Positions 50,927-62,891 of a DNA stretch of 64,000 nt are shown here, one piece after another. How positions within the stretch are numbered: the stretch's first letter is position 1; every line of letters starts with the position of its first letter. Under the pieces are notes generated by a model. That model was not told the origin of the DNA and did no database searches. It worked only from the letters and a program-made list of their open reading frames with translations. The position numbers were made by a program, and so were the translations under genes. Source of the DNA: Halocafeteria seosinensis (Eukaryota); NCBI GenBank assembly GCA_001687465.1, contig LVLI01000415.1, positions 1-64,000 of the forward strand. The letters are read 5' to 3'.

Positions 50927-53900
50927 ATGATGATGAACAGAGTCTGTACGTACGCTACTGTTGCGGTATTTTTGGCTGGACTTTGCTCGGTGTCGGCAGG
51001 CCATAAAGAACAGGGCGGTTTGCGCAAAACCACCATCACCACCACCAAGAAGAAGAGGCATGAGCATCACTGCATTCAAGACCAAATCCAAGAAGAATTG
51101 AAAAGGAAAGGCATTCGTCCTCCAAGAACGTCGCAGAAGTATCGGGGAAATACACGCAATGGAACTTCAGCTTCGCGCGGACGTAAATTGGAACAGAGCG
51201 ATCTGCAGAACATACGCATCAAGAAAGACACGCGATGGATAGACAATCCAGAGTACGTGCTCCTACCTATCTCAGAGTTTTACATTACTCCGAATAGTCC
51301 ACTTCTTGTTGCACATCTCCAGGATGGACAAAGACCCAGATAACGGAGTACGTCTGACTTGTACGGGGACGAACCAGCAATATCGGTTGACTCGGGCAGA
51401 TAGTGAGTTTGACACGCAATCGTGTACTTCGGATGACGTCCTAACACAAGAAAAAGCTGACTTTGTAACGAACGTGCTCATTCCTCAAGCTATAGCATGG
51501 TTCGAGGACGCATTGAAAGTAGTTCCTGTCCAAGGCGATCTTGACGTTAGTGAGGATTGGTCCAACGCCAAGTGCACTTGGAAAAGTTATTTATCTCATA
51601 TCTGCTGTGGGAGGTTTAAACCGCCTGAGACGCAAATTCAAGATGCGGATATCATATTTTACTTCACGGCTCGCCCGACTTCAGGCAGTACGGCGGCTTG
51701 GGCTACCGCATGCCAAGACGACCAAAACGGAAGGCCGATCTCCGCCCACGTGAACTTTGGTACTAAGGCTTTGGATACCGATCCTTCGCAGGCATGGGGG
51801 CAACTGGCAACTGCAATTCATGAGCTTTGTCATGCACTTGGTTTTAACGGTGGCAAGTTTGACGAATTGGGAGCCATCACAACCCAGCGAATCAACGGCA
51901 AGGACGTAAAACTAATCATTACCCCTACCGTGGTACAAGCGGTTCGCTCACATTTTGATTGTCCCGCATCGGAATGGCCTGACGCTGGTGCAGAAATAGA
52001 AGATCAGGGAGGAGGTGGGACAGCGGGGTCTCATTTTGAGACGCGGGTATTTCAAAATGTAAGCATACCAATATTGCTCGATGGTTCTCGTTGCTCTTCA
52101 GCCAAGTTTGCTTTTTTCTGATGCTGATACAGGACTTCATGACAGGGGTCAGTTCGGGTAATGCTGCAACGATAAGCGTGTTTACACTTGCTTTCCTGGA
52201 GGATACGGGGTTATATTCAGTTAATTTTGACAAGGCGCAACGTCTATCGTGGGGAGAGGGTGAAGGATGTGGATTTGCAAATGATTGGTGCAGCAAATGG
52301 GGTTCAAGATACTTTTGCAGGGATGGGGACCGTAAACGTTGCTCTGTTGATGGAAAATTTCAATCCCACTGCGGTCTTACCACTTACACGTCTGACCTAC
52401 CATGGCATTTTCAGTATTTCGCAGATCCTAGTCGTGGTGGACATAACGGTGTACAGGATTTTTGCCCTGTTTACCAGGAGTTCAGTAATGGTGAGTGCAA
52501 AGATTCAAGTGAAACCGCAAATTCAGTCTTTGGCGAGTACTGGGGAGAGGAAAGTATGTGCTTCGAAGGTAATTTTATAGCTTCAGGCTACGTCCTTAAT
52601 GATGATGTAAATCCCCGGTGTCTGCGCTCTGCATGCACCGAAGATGGCAACTTGGTAGCCACGTTTACGGCTGAAGATGGTACACAAATAGATGTGCCGT
52701 GCCCAAACGAAGGAGGTTCGATAGATGTTTCAACGTATACATCATTGTTTAAAGGTGATATTCATTGTCCGAAAGCAAAGTTGTATTGTCCAGAAGGGAT
52801 ATGCGATACACGTGACTGTAACGGCCACGGGAAATGTAGACCCTTCATTGGAACCTGTACTTGCGATTTCCCTTATTTTGGTTCCGCTGATGATAATTGC
52901 GAGCTACAACATTGTCCTGGATATGCTGACGGTGAAGAATGTTCCGGAAATGGTGAGTGTAACACCATGACTGGAGAGTGTACTTGCGATGAGAATTTTG
53001 TTGGAGACGACTGTCACCCTAAACCAAGTCCAACACGTACTCCTACCCCAAGCACCACAAAATCCGTTTCTCGAACGCCATCCAAGACCCCAAGTAAGAG
53101 CGCAACTCGCACTCCAACTCCAACCAGGACCTCAACCTCTACGGCGTCCAAGACGCCGTCTGTCACTTCCACACGGACGCCTACTTCAAGTGTTACAGCA
53201 ACTCCCACCAGGACTAGAACTAACACTCCAACGGGGACACCTTCCAACACTGGAACGCCGACGAGGACTCCAACACCGACATCTACCAACACTCCTACTA
53301 CTTCGCCCACTAGCACACCCTCCCGGACTCCAACCAAGACGAGTACTGGGACTTCTTCGGCGACTGTAACTAGAACTCCGTCACGAACGTCAACATCGAC
53401 TCCTACAACTTCAGTCACTTCCACAAGGACTCCTACCTCAAGTATTACAGGAACCCCCACCAGGACTCGAACCAATACACCGACGAGGACTCGAACACCA
53501 ACATCTACCAACACTCCTACCACTTCGGCCACTAGCACTTTATCCCAAACTCCAACCAAGACCAATACTGCCACTTCTTCGGCGACTTTAACTAGGACGC
53601 CGTCTCAATCGTCAACTTCGACTCCTACAATTTCAGTCACTTCCACACGGACTCCTAGTTCCAGTACCACGCCAACGCCCACCAGGACCAGGACCAATAC
53701 CCCTACGCGTACACCTTCTAGAACACCTACGAAAACGCCAAGCAAGAGCATAGGTAGCACTCCTTCCTCCAGAACTCCAACCCGAACTCCGTCAAAGACT
53801 TCCTCGGTCACACCAACAAGTACATCGGCCGCTAGTACCTCCGACAGCACCGGGACGAAACCTTCCGACACAGTACCGGAGACATCAAAGTCTACTGCTC

Positions 53901-55582
53901 CAAGCCAGACAAACGCTACTGCTGCAAGTGGAGAGCCTCCAGTGAATACAGATTCAATAAGTATTCCTACAGGAACGTCTGTTCCTATATCGACTCAAAC
54001 GTCATCCTCCAACTCCCCTGGTGGAGAAGGAACCCTACCATCGAAATCGAGTACTCCAATTGCGGCAATGCCATCTAATAAGAACAAAGCGACAAATTTA
54101 CCAGCGACTTCAGAGCCCGACGCTCTTCCTACGACTAGCAGTATACCGTCGCAGTTCTCTGCAGCGAGTGTTACCAGTGCAGTCACCCCAACGACAACGG
54201 CAACATTGCAAGCTACTACGATCACAACAAGCGGGATCCTTAGTTCTTCCGCTTCCAATTCAAAATGCACTGCCGACGCGTACATGTACGTGAATCGAGC
54301 CTTCACAGGCGCAAAGTGCTTGGGCTCAGTGGAGCCGGAAATGGTGACTCTATCTTCAAATTCGACGCTTAGCTTCCTTACCAACGATGGGACAAGTTGT
54401 ACGGGCTTAGACCTCGAATTAGGTGCAGGTCTCTCCATCCTTGGATCAGTTCGTGTCAATGAAGACCTAGTAATTTTGGTTAGTTCTGGGAGTTTGCATG
54501 TGGTTGACTTTACGACACTACAACCGTCGCAGCAACAACTCCACGGAATAGTACAAGAGAAGTCTATTATATCAGACTTCAAGGTAAATAAAGGGCACAT
54601 GTCTATTCTCCAAAAGCACGCGCTTACAAATGTGGCGACCTTAGGGGTTTTCCAAATGGTTGTTGAGGATAAAGGGAAATTTCTCTTAAAAGAAAATGCT
54701 AGCGTCCGAGTACCTACCACAGAAACCGAAGCAAACTTTCTTATTGTAGGCGATTCTCTAATATTACTGCTAAAGGAATATGCTGAGATCTTGAAACCAG
54801 ATGGTAAGCATTTCTTTGCCTACTACAATGGAGGTTTTCAAATTAGCAAGGACGAAAAAGTAGTCTCCGTAGATGAGAGCTTACCGGTGCCCATTTTCTT
54901 AAAACTATCGCTGAACAGTCAAACTCCAGCTGGTTCTGGTTCAGAAGACTCAGTACAGCTATCTTTATTTTCACTCTTTGAAGGTGAAGATTACCAGATA
55001 AGGCATTTACCAATCAATGTCCCTTCAATAGTTATACCGAAGGAAGGTTCCACTGTTGGTTCTACACTAATGGATTTCTCAGCGAGCCAAGCCTGTTCTC
55101 AAGAAGCAACAGACATAAGAACCTTAGAGGAAAGTTCTGTAATTTGGAGTGTTGACGTCATACTTGCTTCAGATGAACAGCCCGGAAAGTTACTTACTCA
55201 TCGTCTAGAGCTGCCCATTCCGTCGGAGGCTATCCCCTCAGTATGGTCATTGAATGGTTTTGACGCAGTTCCTAAGAGTGGTGTGTCTCCAAGTCCTCCT
55301 AGCTCGGACCCTTCACCCGCTGCTGCTCCATCCAATAAAGCATTTTTTGAACAGAGCTTGTTCGAAGTTACAGCGGCGTTTGCTGGAGCATTTGGAATCG
55401 TATTTACCGTGTTGATAGTGTATTATCTTCGCCAGCAAAAAAGGAAGACTCCTGCCGGAAGTGACAGGGTTAGAGTTGATAGAGAACAGCAAGCGCTAAA
55501 TCCCCTATCATCAGGATCAGTAATGAACCCCCTAAACACATCCAATACAGGGGAAGCCAACAGCGATGCCACAGCCTCATAA
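50927..55582 (+). CDS. Leishmanolysin-like (M8) metalloprotease with EGF-like repeats, Thr/Ser/Pro-rich stalk and C-terminal TM (3 exons)
   Basis: Signal peptide, HHCIQD propeptide, AAWATACQDDQNGRPISAHVNF, HELCHALGF, EIEDQGGGGTAGSHFE, FMTG (Met-turn), FTLAFLEDTG, CNGHGKC/CSGNGEC EGF units and TM AAFAGAFGIVFTVLIVYYL. Confidence 0.92.
53020..53830 (+). repeat. Coding Thr-rich degenerate tandem repeat (mucin-like stalk, about 2.5 copies of a 75-85 aa unit)
   Basis: Recurring SVTSTRTPTSS..TPTRTRTNTPT and TSTNTPTTS..TPTKT..TSSAT.TRTPS blocks. Confidence 0.85.
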
Positions 55583-56197
55583 ACGACTTTATACGACTTA
55601 GCTTCGGATTCTTCAGTATTCATTAGCATCCTCGAGTAAAGTTAATGCGGCTACTTTGATAATGAGGAAAACATACGCTTACTTTAGCTAAGGACCATCC
55701 TATTGTAATAAACATATTGTATCTTCACTCGTTGTTACTGCGTTGCAGAAATTGCTGATTACTGTACTGTAGTTTGTTACTAATTTCAACCTCAGAGCTT
55801 GTTATTCATCCCCTATACATCCGATACCGAAATAACTCGGCTGGTATAGAATCCTTCTATGGTTTGGTACGGACTGTGTACACCTAATATAACTTCAGTA
55901 TTCATTTGCGTACGGTGCTAGACACTTGGTAGAACTTCCGCATGGTTCTCTTTTTCGGCATATGCTCATTCGAAAAGGAAAGGCTTTTCTTTGTTTGTAC
56001 ACGGCGTAAAATAGCCGAGGCGTGGAACCCGAAGGAGCGTTTGCTCGAACGGAAATTTGGGAAGTGGGTCCACCGGGACATTGAAGAACGTGATTGATGA
56101 CGTCCCTTTGTTTCGATATACGATTGAGAAAACAATATGTCTGTGGCCCAACCAAGCAGCACATGCAAGTAGAATTCTATAAAATGACATAGCGCGC

Positions 56198-56824
56198 TCA
56201 GATGACGTCATGCGTAAACTTTGTCGACGCGCTGCCGTATCTTCCGTCGGTCATCGGAGTGAGGCATTGTGATGGCGGTCCAGTCGGCCATACCGGTATA
56301 TACCACCTTTGTGTTCCATGCACTTCAGCTCCAAACTCGTCTGAAGGCAATGGGATACATTTCCAGACCGGGCATCGGTGGTCTCCACGACCCCCTTCAT
56401 CGGAATTGGACGTTGAGAGCAAGTTGCGGCAGATGATAGCCTTCCCCATGGCAGTACTGTCTCCGTCAGCATAAACGGATACCTTCGTACGTCCATTTTT
56501 GCACAGCGACCAATATGACCGAACGACCTTCGCCCACTCGCAAAATTCAGTGTACTTTGTTTCGAATAATGGATCCGTACACAGAGGTTCGTCCCATGCT
56601 TGTGCTGGCGTTCCCATACTTACTAACAAAGTCCAATCATGTTTTTTTGCAGCAAAGAAATCAGCAGACGGTTTATCGCCGTCCTTATGCAGTTCTTCTA
56701 TTTTGAATTCCCTGTTCTCCAGCCAAGCCTTAATTATATCTTTAGCCTTCTGCGTTTCGAGTGGCGTGGCGCCAGTGTCGTACGTTCCAACTATGGTCCC
56801 TGCTGGACAGCTAGCTTCGGTCAT
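56198..56824 (-). CDS. Hypothetical intronless protein (208 aa)
   Basis: Protein-like ATG-initiated ORF following an AT-rich tract. No motif recognised. Confidence 0.4.
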   Translation of the reverse strand: MTEASCPAGTIVGTYDTGATPLETQKAKDIIKAWLENREFKIEELHKDGDKPSADFFAAKKHDWTLLVSMGTPAQAWDEPLCTDPLFETKYTEFCEWAKVVRSYWSLCKNGRTKVSVYADGDSTAMGKAIICRNLLSTSNSDEGGRGDHRCPVWKCIPLPSDEFGAEVHGTQRWYIPVWPTGPPSQCLTPMTDGRYGSASTKFTHDVI

Positions 56825-57384
56825 GTTTTTATAATTGTCCGATAAGAAGAGTTATTTTGTTAAGCACAAACACAATCCTCGTTATAAAATGTATAAATGT
56901 GGCCCCTATAAGTGTACGGTATAACCTTGCATACACTATTGAAGCGTAATGGTCTTTTGTTTTTCTTGTCGTTCCCTTAGAGATAAATGCCTTCAACGAA
57001 CTTGTCGACGAGAGTCGTCAATCTTGTTAAACGCAAACTGTGTGTGCCTTACAATTCGGAGAACATATATGCGGGGGGCGTACCGTGTGCCGGCACAGTG
57101 TGTGCCCCAACACTGCTTGCCAACGTCGTGGCCCAACGAGTCGTTGGCGCGAAGGACAGTACAAACTTTTGTTGGACTCTTGAATTCAAATACGGTCAGT
57201 AGCGTTGCCGGCATCGTATCGATATACATTGGCTCACTCATGCTTGCTCCCTCTCAAGAGCACAACGTACAGGTATTATATGTACTGTATGTTTTCGATC
57301 TCGTTCTAGTGTTTGCGGTAGGATGGTAGTATCAAACAATTCGGTATAAGTTGAAGTGTATGATGCCGTTCCAACCCTCGAAGG

Positions 57385-60300
57385 ATGAAGGGCAGTCGAC
57401 ATGAAAACAAAGACGGTGTATCTGGCTCCAGTGTGATTGCCAAATACATCCAGAGGTTCCGCAGTGCTCCACCTTCGAGTCCTCATGAACGACGCCGATC
57501 TCCCGAGCGAAAGCAACAAATTGAACAAGACTTTTGGTGGTCCTCATCGAAGAGCTCACCGCGTTCTCCCTATTCTAAGCACTCCCATGGAGCGATATCG
57601 TCCCCTCCATCAGTTTCGCGGAGCCACAAAAACCCGGTGGTAGCCTTACCGCAAAGTGCTACGCCTATATCCCACCCTTGGGGATTGCCAGGCTCAACCA
57701 CAACGTTCTCGCAGGCGACAGAGACAACAACCAGAGTGGAAACTTCTACTCACCCCACAGCTGCCGCAGATGCCCCCGTTAATGAAAGTCATGATGATGA
57801 AATTGCCAAGGCTCCCCAAGCAGATGAATCAAGGTTAGAATGGTCACATGACTTATCGACCGAGGAGTTGCTCCGAGCAATTGACATCACTGACAGAAAA
57901 GATGAAGAATACGAAAGTGAGCTCATGTTTCGAGAGGAGCCCTCTTTTCGCTCTTTGGAGCGCCGAATAGACCTTTCAGATGACTATATTCGCCATCGAG
58001 AGGAACTGACAAATGAGTCACGTTATAGCTATTTGGAGAATACTCCACCAGGAGACAGTAGGTTATGGGATTCTGACATGGAATGGCTTAAGAGGGCAAG
58101 AACATTTATCGACGACTCCAGAGCTAAGTCTACGCCAACCTCTTTAGCTTCGAGCAATACGTTTACCGGCCAAGGCCAAGGCAACTCTTGTCGAGATGGT
58201 GAATCCTTTAGAATACCTTCTAGTCGACTGCCAGTACTGCGAGCACGAGTAGAAAAGTTTCGAATCGATTCCCAGGATAATTTACATACGTCGAATGGGA
58301 ATACATTCAAGAGTCCTGATCAGTCTGAAGGACTAAACAAGGGTCATTTTGAGCCTAGTTCGCAGTCAACTGAAACCCTTGTGTCGGGTCAAAGTCACCC
58401 CACAAGTCTCTATTCTCACGGAGCGCAACAAATGGAGAACCGCAATGTTAGGTCGGACTCCTGCGGAGGTGGCACAGAGGAAGCGATGCGTAGCTCAACT
58501 CATGTACCTTCGACAAATAAGAGTGATGCAGGGCGTCGAGCTGAACTAGCTGCTCGGTACGAAGCTGTCTTTCCAAGGTCTCTCCCGGAAACACCTCCAT
58601 CAACCGGAAACTTGGGAACCGAACCTAATTCTCGAAGCCCTGGTACCAAAGCTTCTTTTGGAAACCCTTCTTTAGCGTTTGCAACTCAGGGACACGCGTT
58701 TTCCCGGACGACCGTCAAGAGGACTCCTCAGTTACGTACGCATACTGCTCCCATGGACCAGTCCTCGAATGTTCGTCAAAACAGTGCTCCCCAAGTGGAG
58801 GTTTCAGCCGTTTCATCTCGGCGTCTTACCGTAGAAAAAACGGTCAATTGTACGGTTGATGGAAGCGACACTCTTCAAACAAAGAGAACCGATAGGGAGA
58901 TGGCCCACGCTGTCACTCCGGCTTCAAGCTCTAGTACGGAGACCTCAGAGCTGCCGACCACTCTTAATGCCGCTGAAAAGGCGGGGAAAAGTGTGGACCT
59001 AGTGGACGCCGAGTTTGAAGACAGTATGTACATTGATCCTTCTATTCTGGCCAATGAAGATGCAGAGCGGACGATCCAACGCTTAAGGGAACGTCTTAGG
59101 AATGCCAGAGACCTTCATATCCGAAGACGTCGGGAGAAGCGGAGGCAAATAATCGACGCGGAACGGCGGCCTTCGAGCCCTAAGGTTTCTTCCCCTGCTA
59201 CGACCTTGCTTCGCACCAACTGCACGCATGACGCAATCCCTTCACAAGAGTGCAAGTACAGGACGCCTTCCCGAGTAGAGTTTTGCGGATCCGTCTTAAC
59301 GGAGAGTGTTGCTCCTTATACTAGTTTGCACTACAGATGGCCTCACTCTTCGGGCTCCGAAACGAGTATTGGGGAATCAATGAAGGACTCATCCACCGCG
59401 AGGGCCAAACAACATTCGTGTTTGGACGTGCAACGCTGTGAGCACATCCACATTACTCCCTCCACGATATCCCACAACGAGGTGATAGTCTGGAAAGATT
59501 CGTCCTGCCAGCAGGCATCGACAGTTACTTCTCAGCGATATAATCTCCGTAGATGTCCGGACTCCCCAGAAGAAATGATGAGCGGGTATATCCAATCTGA
59601 TAAAACAGGGAAGACGGGTGATGAGACCAAATTGGCGACAATAAATTCTTCAGTTCCAAGTCCCTCTGTTTCTTCAGTAGTTGATGCCTATGTGTCGGAA
59701 GGGCAGCCGGTGAGCTATATTCCCGGAACGCCGATTCCCTCTGAACACCCCTCGATACAGAACAAGGATTCTTCCTTCACCAACGGGCTGTTTACACAAA
59801 GTGTGCCTAACTGTGTCGAGTCGGCTGATGAAGTGAACTCAGTTTTGACGAGTCAATGTGGTTCGATGGGTACCGCTTCGGAATTGCAACAGGACGATCA
59901 CAGCTCTGGCAATTCGAAGAGCCGTCAAGTGCCCTCAGGCCAACCTAGTTCTCATTCCAGCAGACCGGTGGAACAGTCACATGCGCTCATAGGGTCGTAC
60001 ACAGGTGTATCGAAGGAGGAATACAATGGCTACAGGGAGTTTGCCTTCTCTCACAGTGCCTCCGTATCATCCCCCACACGATCCAACGACGGTACTATTT
60101 CGAAGGCTATTTCTTCTACGAGTATGGTCACACATACTGGTGAATCTGACATCGGCAGCCCAGTCCCTTCTCCAGTCCATAGCTCAGATCAGTACCAAAG
60201 TGGACACGCCTACACAACGACTAGCTCCAAGTTAGAAGTAAATGAGTCTACTTGGACGTGGACGGCAACAAGCGAAGAGCCACACCTTCGAATGAGTGCT

Positions 60301-61305
60301 CCAACGTCGCTCAGTGCAAGTATTAGTTTTGATGTGTCTTCGGATGAAGAGACTGAGTCTAACTCTCCGTCTAGAGATCGTCAGACCCCCAGTGCTAATG
60401 TATATGAGGTGGATGCTAGCAGGTGCGACGGAACATCCGAAGAGGTAGCAGATTCTATGGAAACAACCCCGAATTTCTCAAGCATCGGTGAGGTGGAAGA
60501 AATTGGTGATCTGCAACGGAATTCAACAACTCGAGAAAGCTATAGGGATGGTGTACAACGAGGAGGAATGTCTGCTTCCCCAGATCAGTATCGCGACTCC
60601 TCGCCAACAAGAGCAGTCATTAGCAACGGGGAATACGCCAATGCATCAGTTTCCCGCACGTCCGAGTCCGTCTTGACCGAAACAGACTTTCGTCTAGTAA
60701 AAGAGCAAAGCGGCTTGCGAACTCCTTCTACCGCAGTAGGAAGTGGAAGCTGTACTGCCCCCTCAGTTCATGGAAGTGACGACGGAGGATTACAGGGCCC
60801 TCAAAGAGCTCCATCGGGTACCGACGGGAACCCTTCGTATGCTAATCAAGGCAGTGGTCCCTATTCTGGCGTTTCTACCCCCAGTAGTATCGCGTTAGAG
60901 TTTGATCCCGTGTACCGATCACTTCTTGAAAGAGTGAGTCAAATTGTCCCTCTTCCCGAAGAAAATGCTTTCGACGTGGAGTTCGCATCCACAGACTCTT
61001 CCGTTCCTTCCGCTCCACATCACGACGTGTCTCCCCTGTATTCCGGTGTGGGATATGACGGTTCTGCTCTTCCACCCCTAGATTCTGTTAACTACGGCTA
61101 CGGAGCGGGACCTTATTTTGCAGGGTATTCTACTTCTTATGCGGATAATATCCCGTGGGGTGCTGAGCAGTTTATGTGGCATACCCCATTATACACTCAA
61201 TCCCAACCTCCAGCATGGGATAATTCATTTAATCCGGTTAGCAATCCCTATAGTCCCTATAGCTACCACTATCCCGCTGCTGATTTCGATTATCCTGGCA
61301 GATAG
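57385..61305 (+). CDS. Large Ser/Pro-rich disordered protein with a PROSER3-like N-terminal motif
   Basis: 1306-aa ORF. SVIAKYIQRFRSAPPSSPHERR...QDFWW resembles the conserved PROSER3 motif (AKYIxRFRxAxPxSxEER..DFWW). Confidence 0.7.
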   Translation: MKGSRHENKDGVSGSSVIAKYIQRFRSAPPSSPHERRRSPERKQQIEQDFWWSSSKSSPRSPYSKHSHGAISSPPSVSRSHKNPVVALPQSATPISHPWGLPGSTTTFSQATETTTRVETSTHPTAAADAPVNESHDDEIAKAPQADESRLEWSHDLSTEELLRAIDITDRKDEEYESELMFREEPSFRSLERRIDLSDDYIRHREELTNESRYSYLENTPPGDSRLWDSDMEWLKRARTFIDDSRAKSTPTSLASSNTFTGQGQGNSCRDGESFRIPSSRLPVLRARVEKFRIDSQDNLHTSNGNTFKSPDQSEGLNKGHFEPSSQSTETLVSGQSHPTSLYSHGAQQMENRNVRSDSCGGGTEEAMRSSTHVPSTNKSDAGRRAELAARYEAVFPRSLPETPPSTGNLGTEPNSRSPGTKASFGNPSLAFATQGHAFSRTTVKRTPQLRTHTAPMDQSSNVRQNSAPQVEVSAVSSRRLTVEKTVNCTVDGSDTLQTKRTDREMAHAVTPASSSSTETSELPTTLNAAEKAGKSVDLVDAEFEDSMYIDPSILANEDAERTIQRLRERLRNARDLHIRRRREKRRQIIDAERRPSSPKVSSPATTLLRTNCTHDAIPSQECKYRTPSRVEFCGSVLTESVAPYTSLHYRWPHSSGSETSIGESMKDSSTARAKQHSCLDVQRCEHIHITPSTISHNEVIVWKDSSCQQASTVTSQRYNLRRCPDSPEEMMSGYIQSDKTGKTGDETKLATINSSVPSPSVSSVVDAYVSEGQPVSYIPGTPIPSEHPSIQNKDSSFTNGLFTQSVPNCVESADEVNSVLTSQCGSMGTASELQQDDHSSGNSKSRQVPSGQPSSHSSRPVEQSHALIGSYTGVSKEEYNGYREFAFSHSASVSSPTRSNDGTISKAISSTSMVTHTGESDIGSPVPSPVHSSDQYQSGHAYTTTSSKLEVNESTWTWTATSEEPHLRMSAPTSLSASISFDVSSDEETESNSPSRDRQTPSANVYEVDASRCDGTSEEVADSMETTPNFSSIGEVEEIGDLQRNSTTRESYRDGVQRGGMSASPDQYRDSSPTRAVISNGEYANASVSRTSESVLTETDFRLVKEQSGLRTPSTAVGSGSCTAPSVHGSDDGGLQGPQRAPSGTDGNPSYANQGSGPYSGVSTPSSIALEFDPVYRSLLERVSQIVPLPEENAFDVEFASTDSSVPSAPHHDVSPLYSGVGYDGSALPPLDSVNYGYGAGPYFAGYSTSYADNIPWGAEQFMWHTPLYTQSQPPAWDNSFNPVSNPYSPYSYHYPAADFDYPGR

Positions 61306-61559
61306 CCCCAACAAAGCAACCTCTTTGCAACAGGGAATATGTAATCACTGTTCATCCGAGCCGATATTCAATGCACACACACCAATCAATAAGATCGTAC
61401 CCGTGTCCAACCTCCTGACATTAAGTCCTCACTTTAGCCAACGTAGCACCCTTGTTACCAGTGGTTGCTCTTCTTTCTGTGTCTTCCCCACCGTCCTTTG
61501 AAGCCACTATAGCTTCGGGTCACAATGTCGTGCCAACTTCTGCGGTGAAGCTCCACCTT

Positions 61560-61577
61560 CACACACACACACACACA
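61560..61577. repeat. (CA)9 microsatellite
   Basis: Read directly from the sequence. Confidence 0.9.
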
Positions 61578-61676
61578 CGCACGTCCAAATGACGTGGCAC
61601 TGCGGCAGGCCACACATATATATCACGTATTTCGTATTTGTTACAGATGAAGAGATAAAACCCAGAGAAGACCAGA

Positions 61677-62873
61677 ATGGGATCGGGAGCAAGCAAACAA
61701 GTGGCGCAAAGTGTCTCCCGAGTTCTTCGTCGAGGGGGAGGAGGAGCTGCTTCGTCTTCTCAGGAGACTCTGGCCAATAAATCAGCTTCTCCTCCCTCTT
61801 CCACGGGACAAACAGGTCCTGCCACAGCCACAGCTGGTTCCGCTGATAGCCAGGAGCAGGGGACACATGTGTCGCCGATTCATCAAAAGGATGAGACCTT
61901 AGTGGAACGAGCGCATGAGCCTCGTGTGGAAGAGCATGAAGCCGATGTAGGACAAGAGCAATTCAGGCTCTTCCAGCAAATGCAGCGCGTAAGTACTTCT
62001 CTCCTCTCGACGGAGAAATAAATGTCGTTGTAGTGTATATTGCTACTTGCAGAATCCGGCGCTCTTGGATAGCGATTGGGGCTTGATTCACTCCTCCCAG
62101 CAACGAGCCATTGAAGCCTCCCGATTGTCGCTGCCGGAGTCTTTTAGAGACCCTTCCCAACAGCATCGGGACCAGGAAGCGCTTTCCGAACAACAAGAGA
62201 ATGCCCTCGAACAACAACCGTTTGGTCCGAGACCGCCAGAAGCCGGACCTGGGGATCAACTGATCTTGCGTAAAGCATCGTAAGCTGCACTTACTCTGGG
62301 ACCTGCAGAGTGAGGTTTAGGTATCATTGTGCGATTATTATTGTCTACAGCAATGAAGAACTTCTCACTCTTCGAGAAATTGTGGAAATCTTTACCAAAC
62401 GCGAAGGAAATCCGGAATTCTACTCTTACAGCCGTCTGGCAGAGGAGTATGAAATCCGTAAGTATTTTTGCGCCTATACTTTACAGATTGAACAAGTATG
62501 CATTTACTCAATCGTTCAAACAGGAGAGGATGAATTGTTTGCTCTCTTGAAGTTTACCTGCCCACCAACATACGTGCGCTACAAGGATGAATACTACGGA
62601 GTGTACGAAATCCGGGATTTCGATGCGAGTGAGAATCTTATCTCAAAAAAATATCCTACGAAGACGTTTGATCCTACCGTGCAATCAACTCTAAGACGGG
62701 AAAAATATGAACGGACGTCTCATCACGATGGCACAGCAGAAGTCAGTGAAGAAATCCCTCGGGATGATCCCAACAAGCCGAGGCATCGAGGTCCAGAGTC
62801 CTTCCTCAAGAAGGACTCGTTGAACGAAAACGCGAATGCATTGAGACAAAGTGATACTGACAACAACCGCTAA
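61677..62873 (+). CDS. Hypothetical protein, possibly NDUFAF4-like complex I assembly factor (spliced)
   Basis: Myristoylation-type start MGSGASK. LLTLREIVEIF..NPEFYSYSRLAEEYEI..EDELFALLKF resembles the NDUFAF4 C-terminal helical motif. GT-AG introns lie near 61989, 62280 and 62458. Confidence 0.5.
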
Positions 62874-62891
62874 ATAGTTGTGTGATATTGG

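Noticed and set aside
53014..53871. Val/Gly-rich minus-strand ORFs, or a possible CRISPR-like repeat array
   Set aside because: These are the antisense of the Thr-rich coding stalk. The repeats are degenerate codon repeats without spacers.
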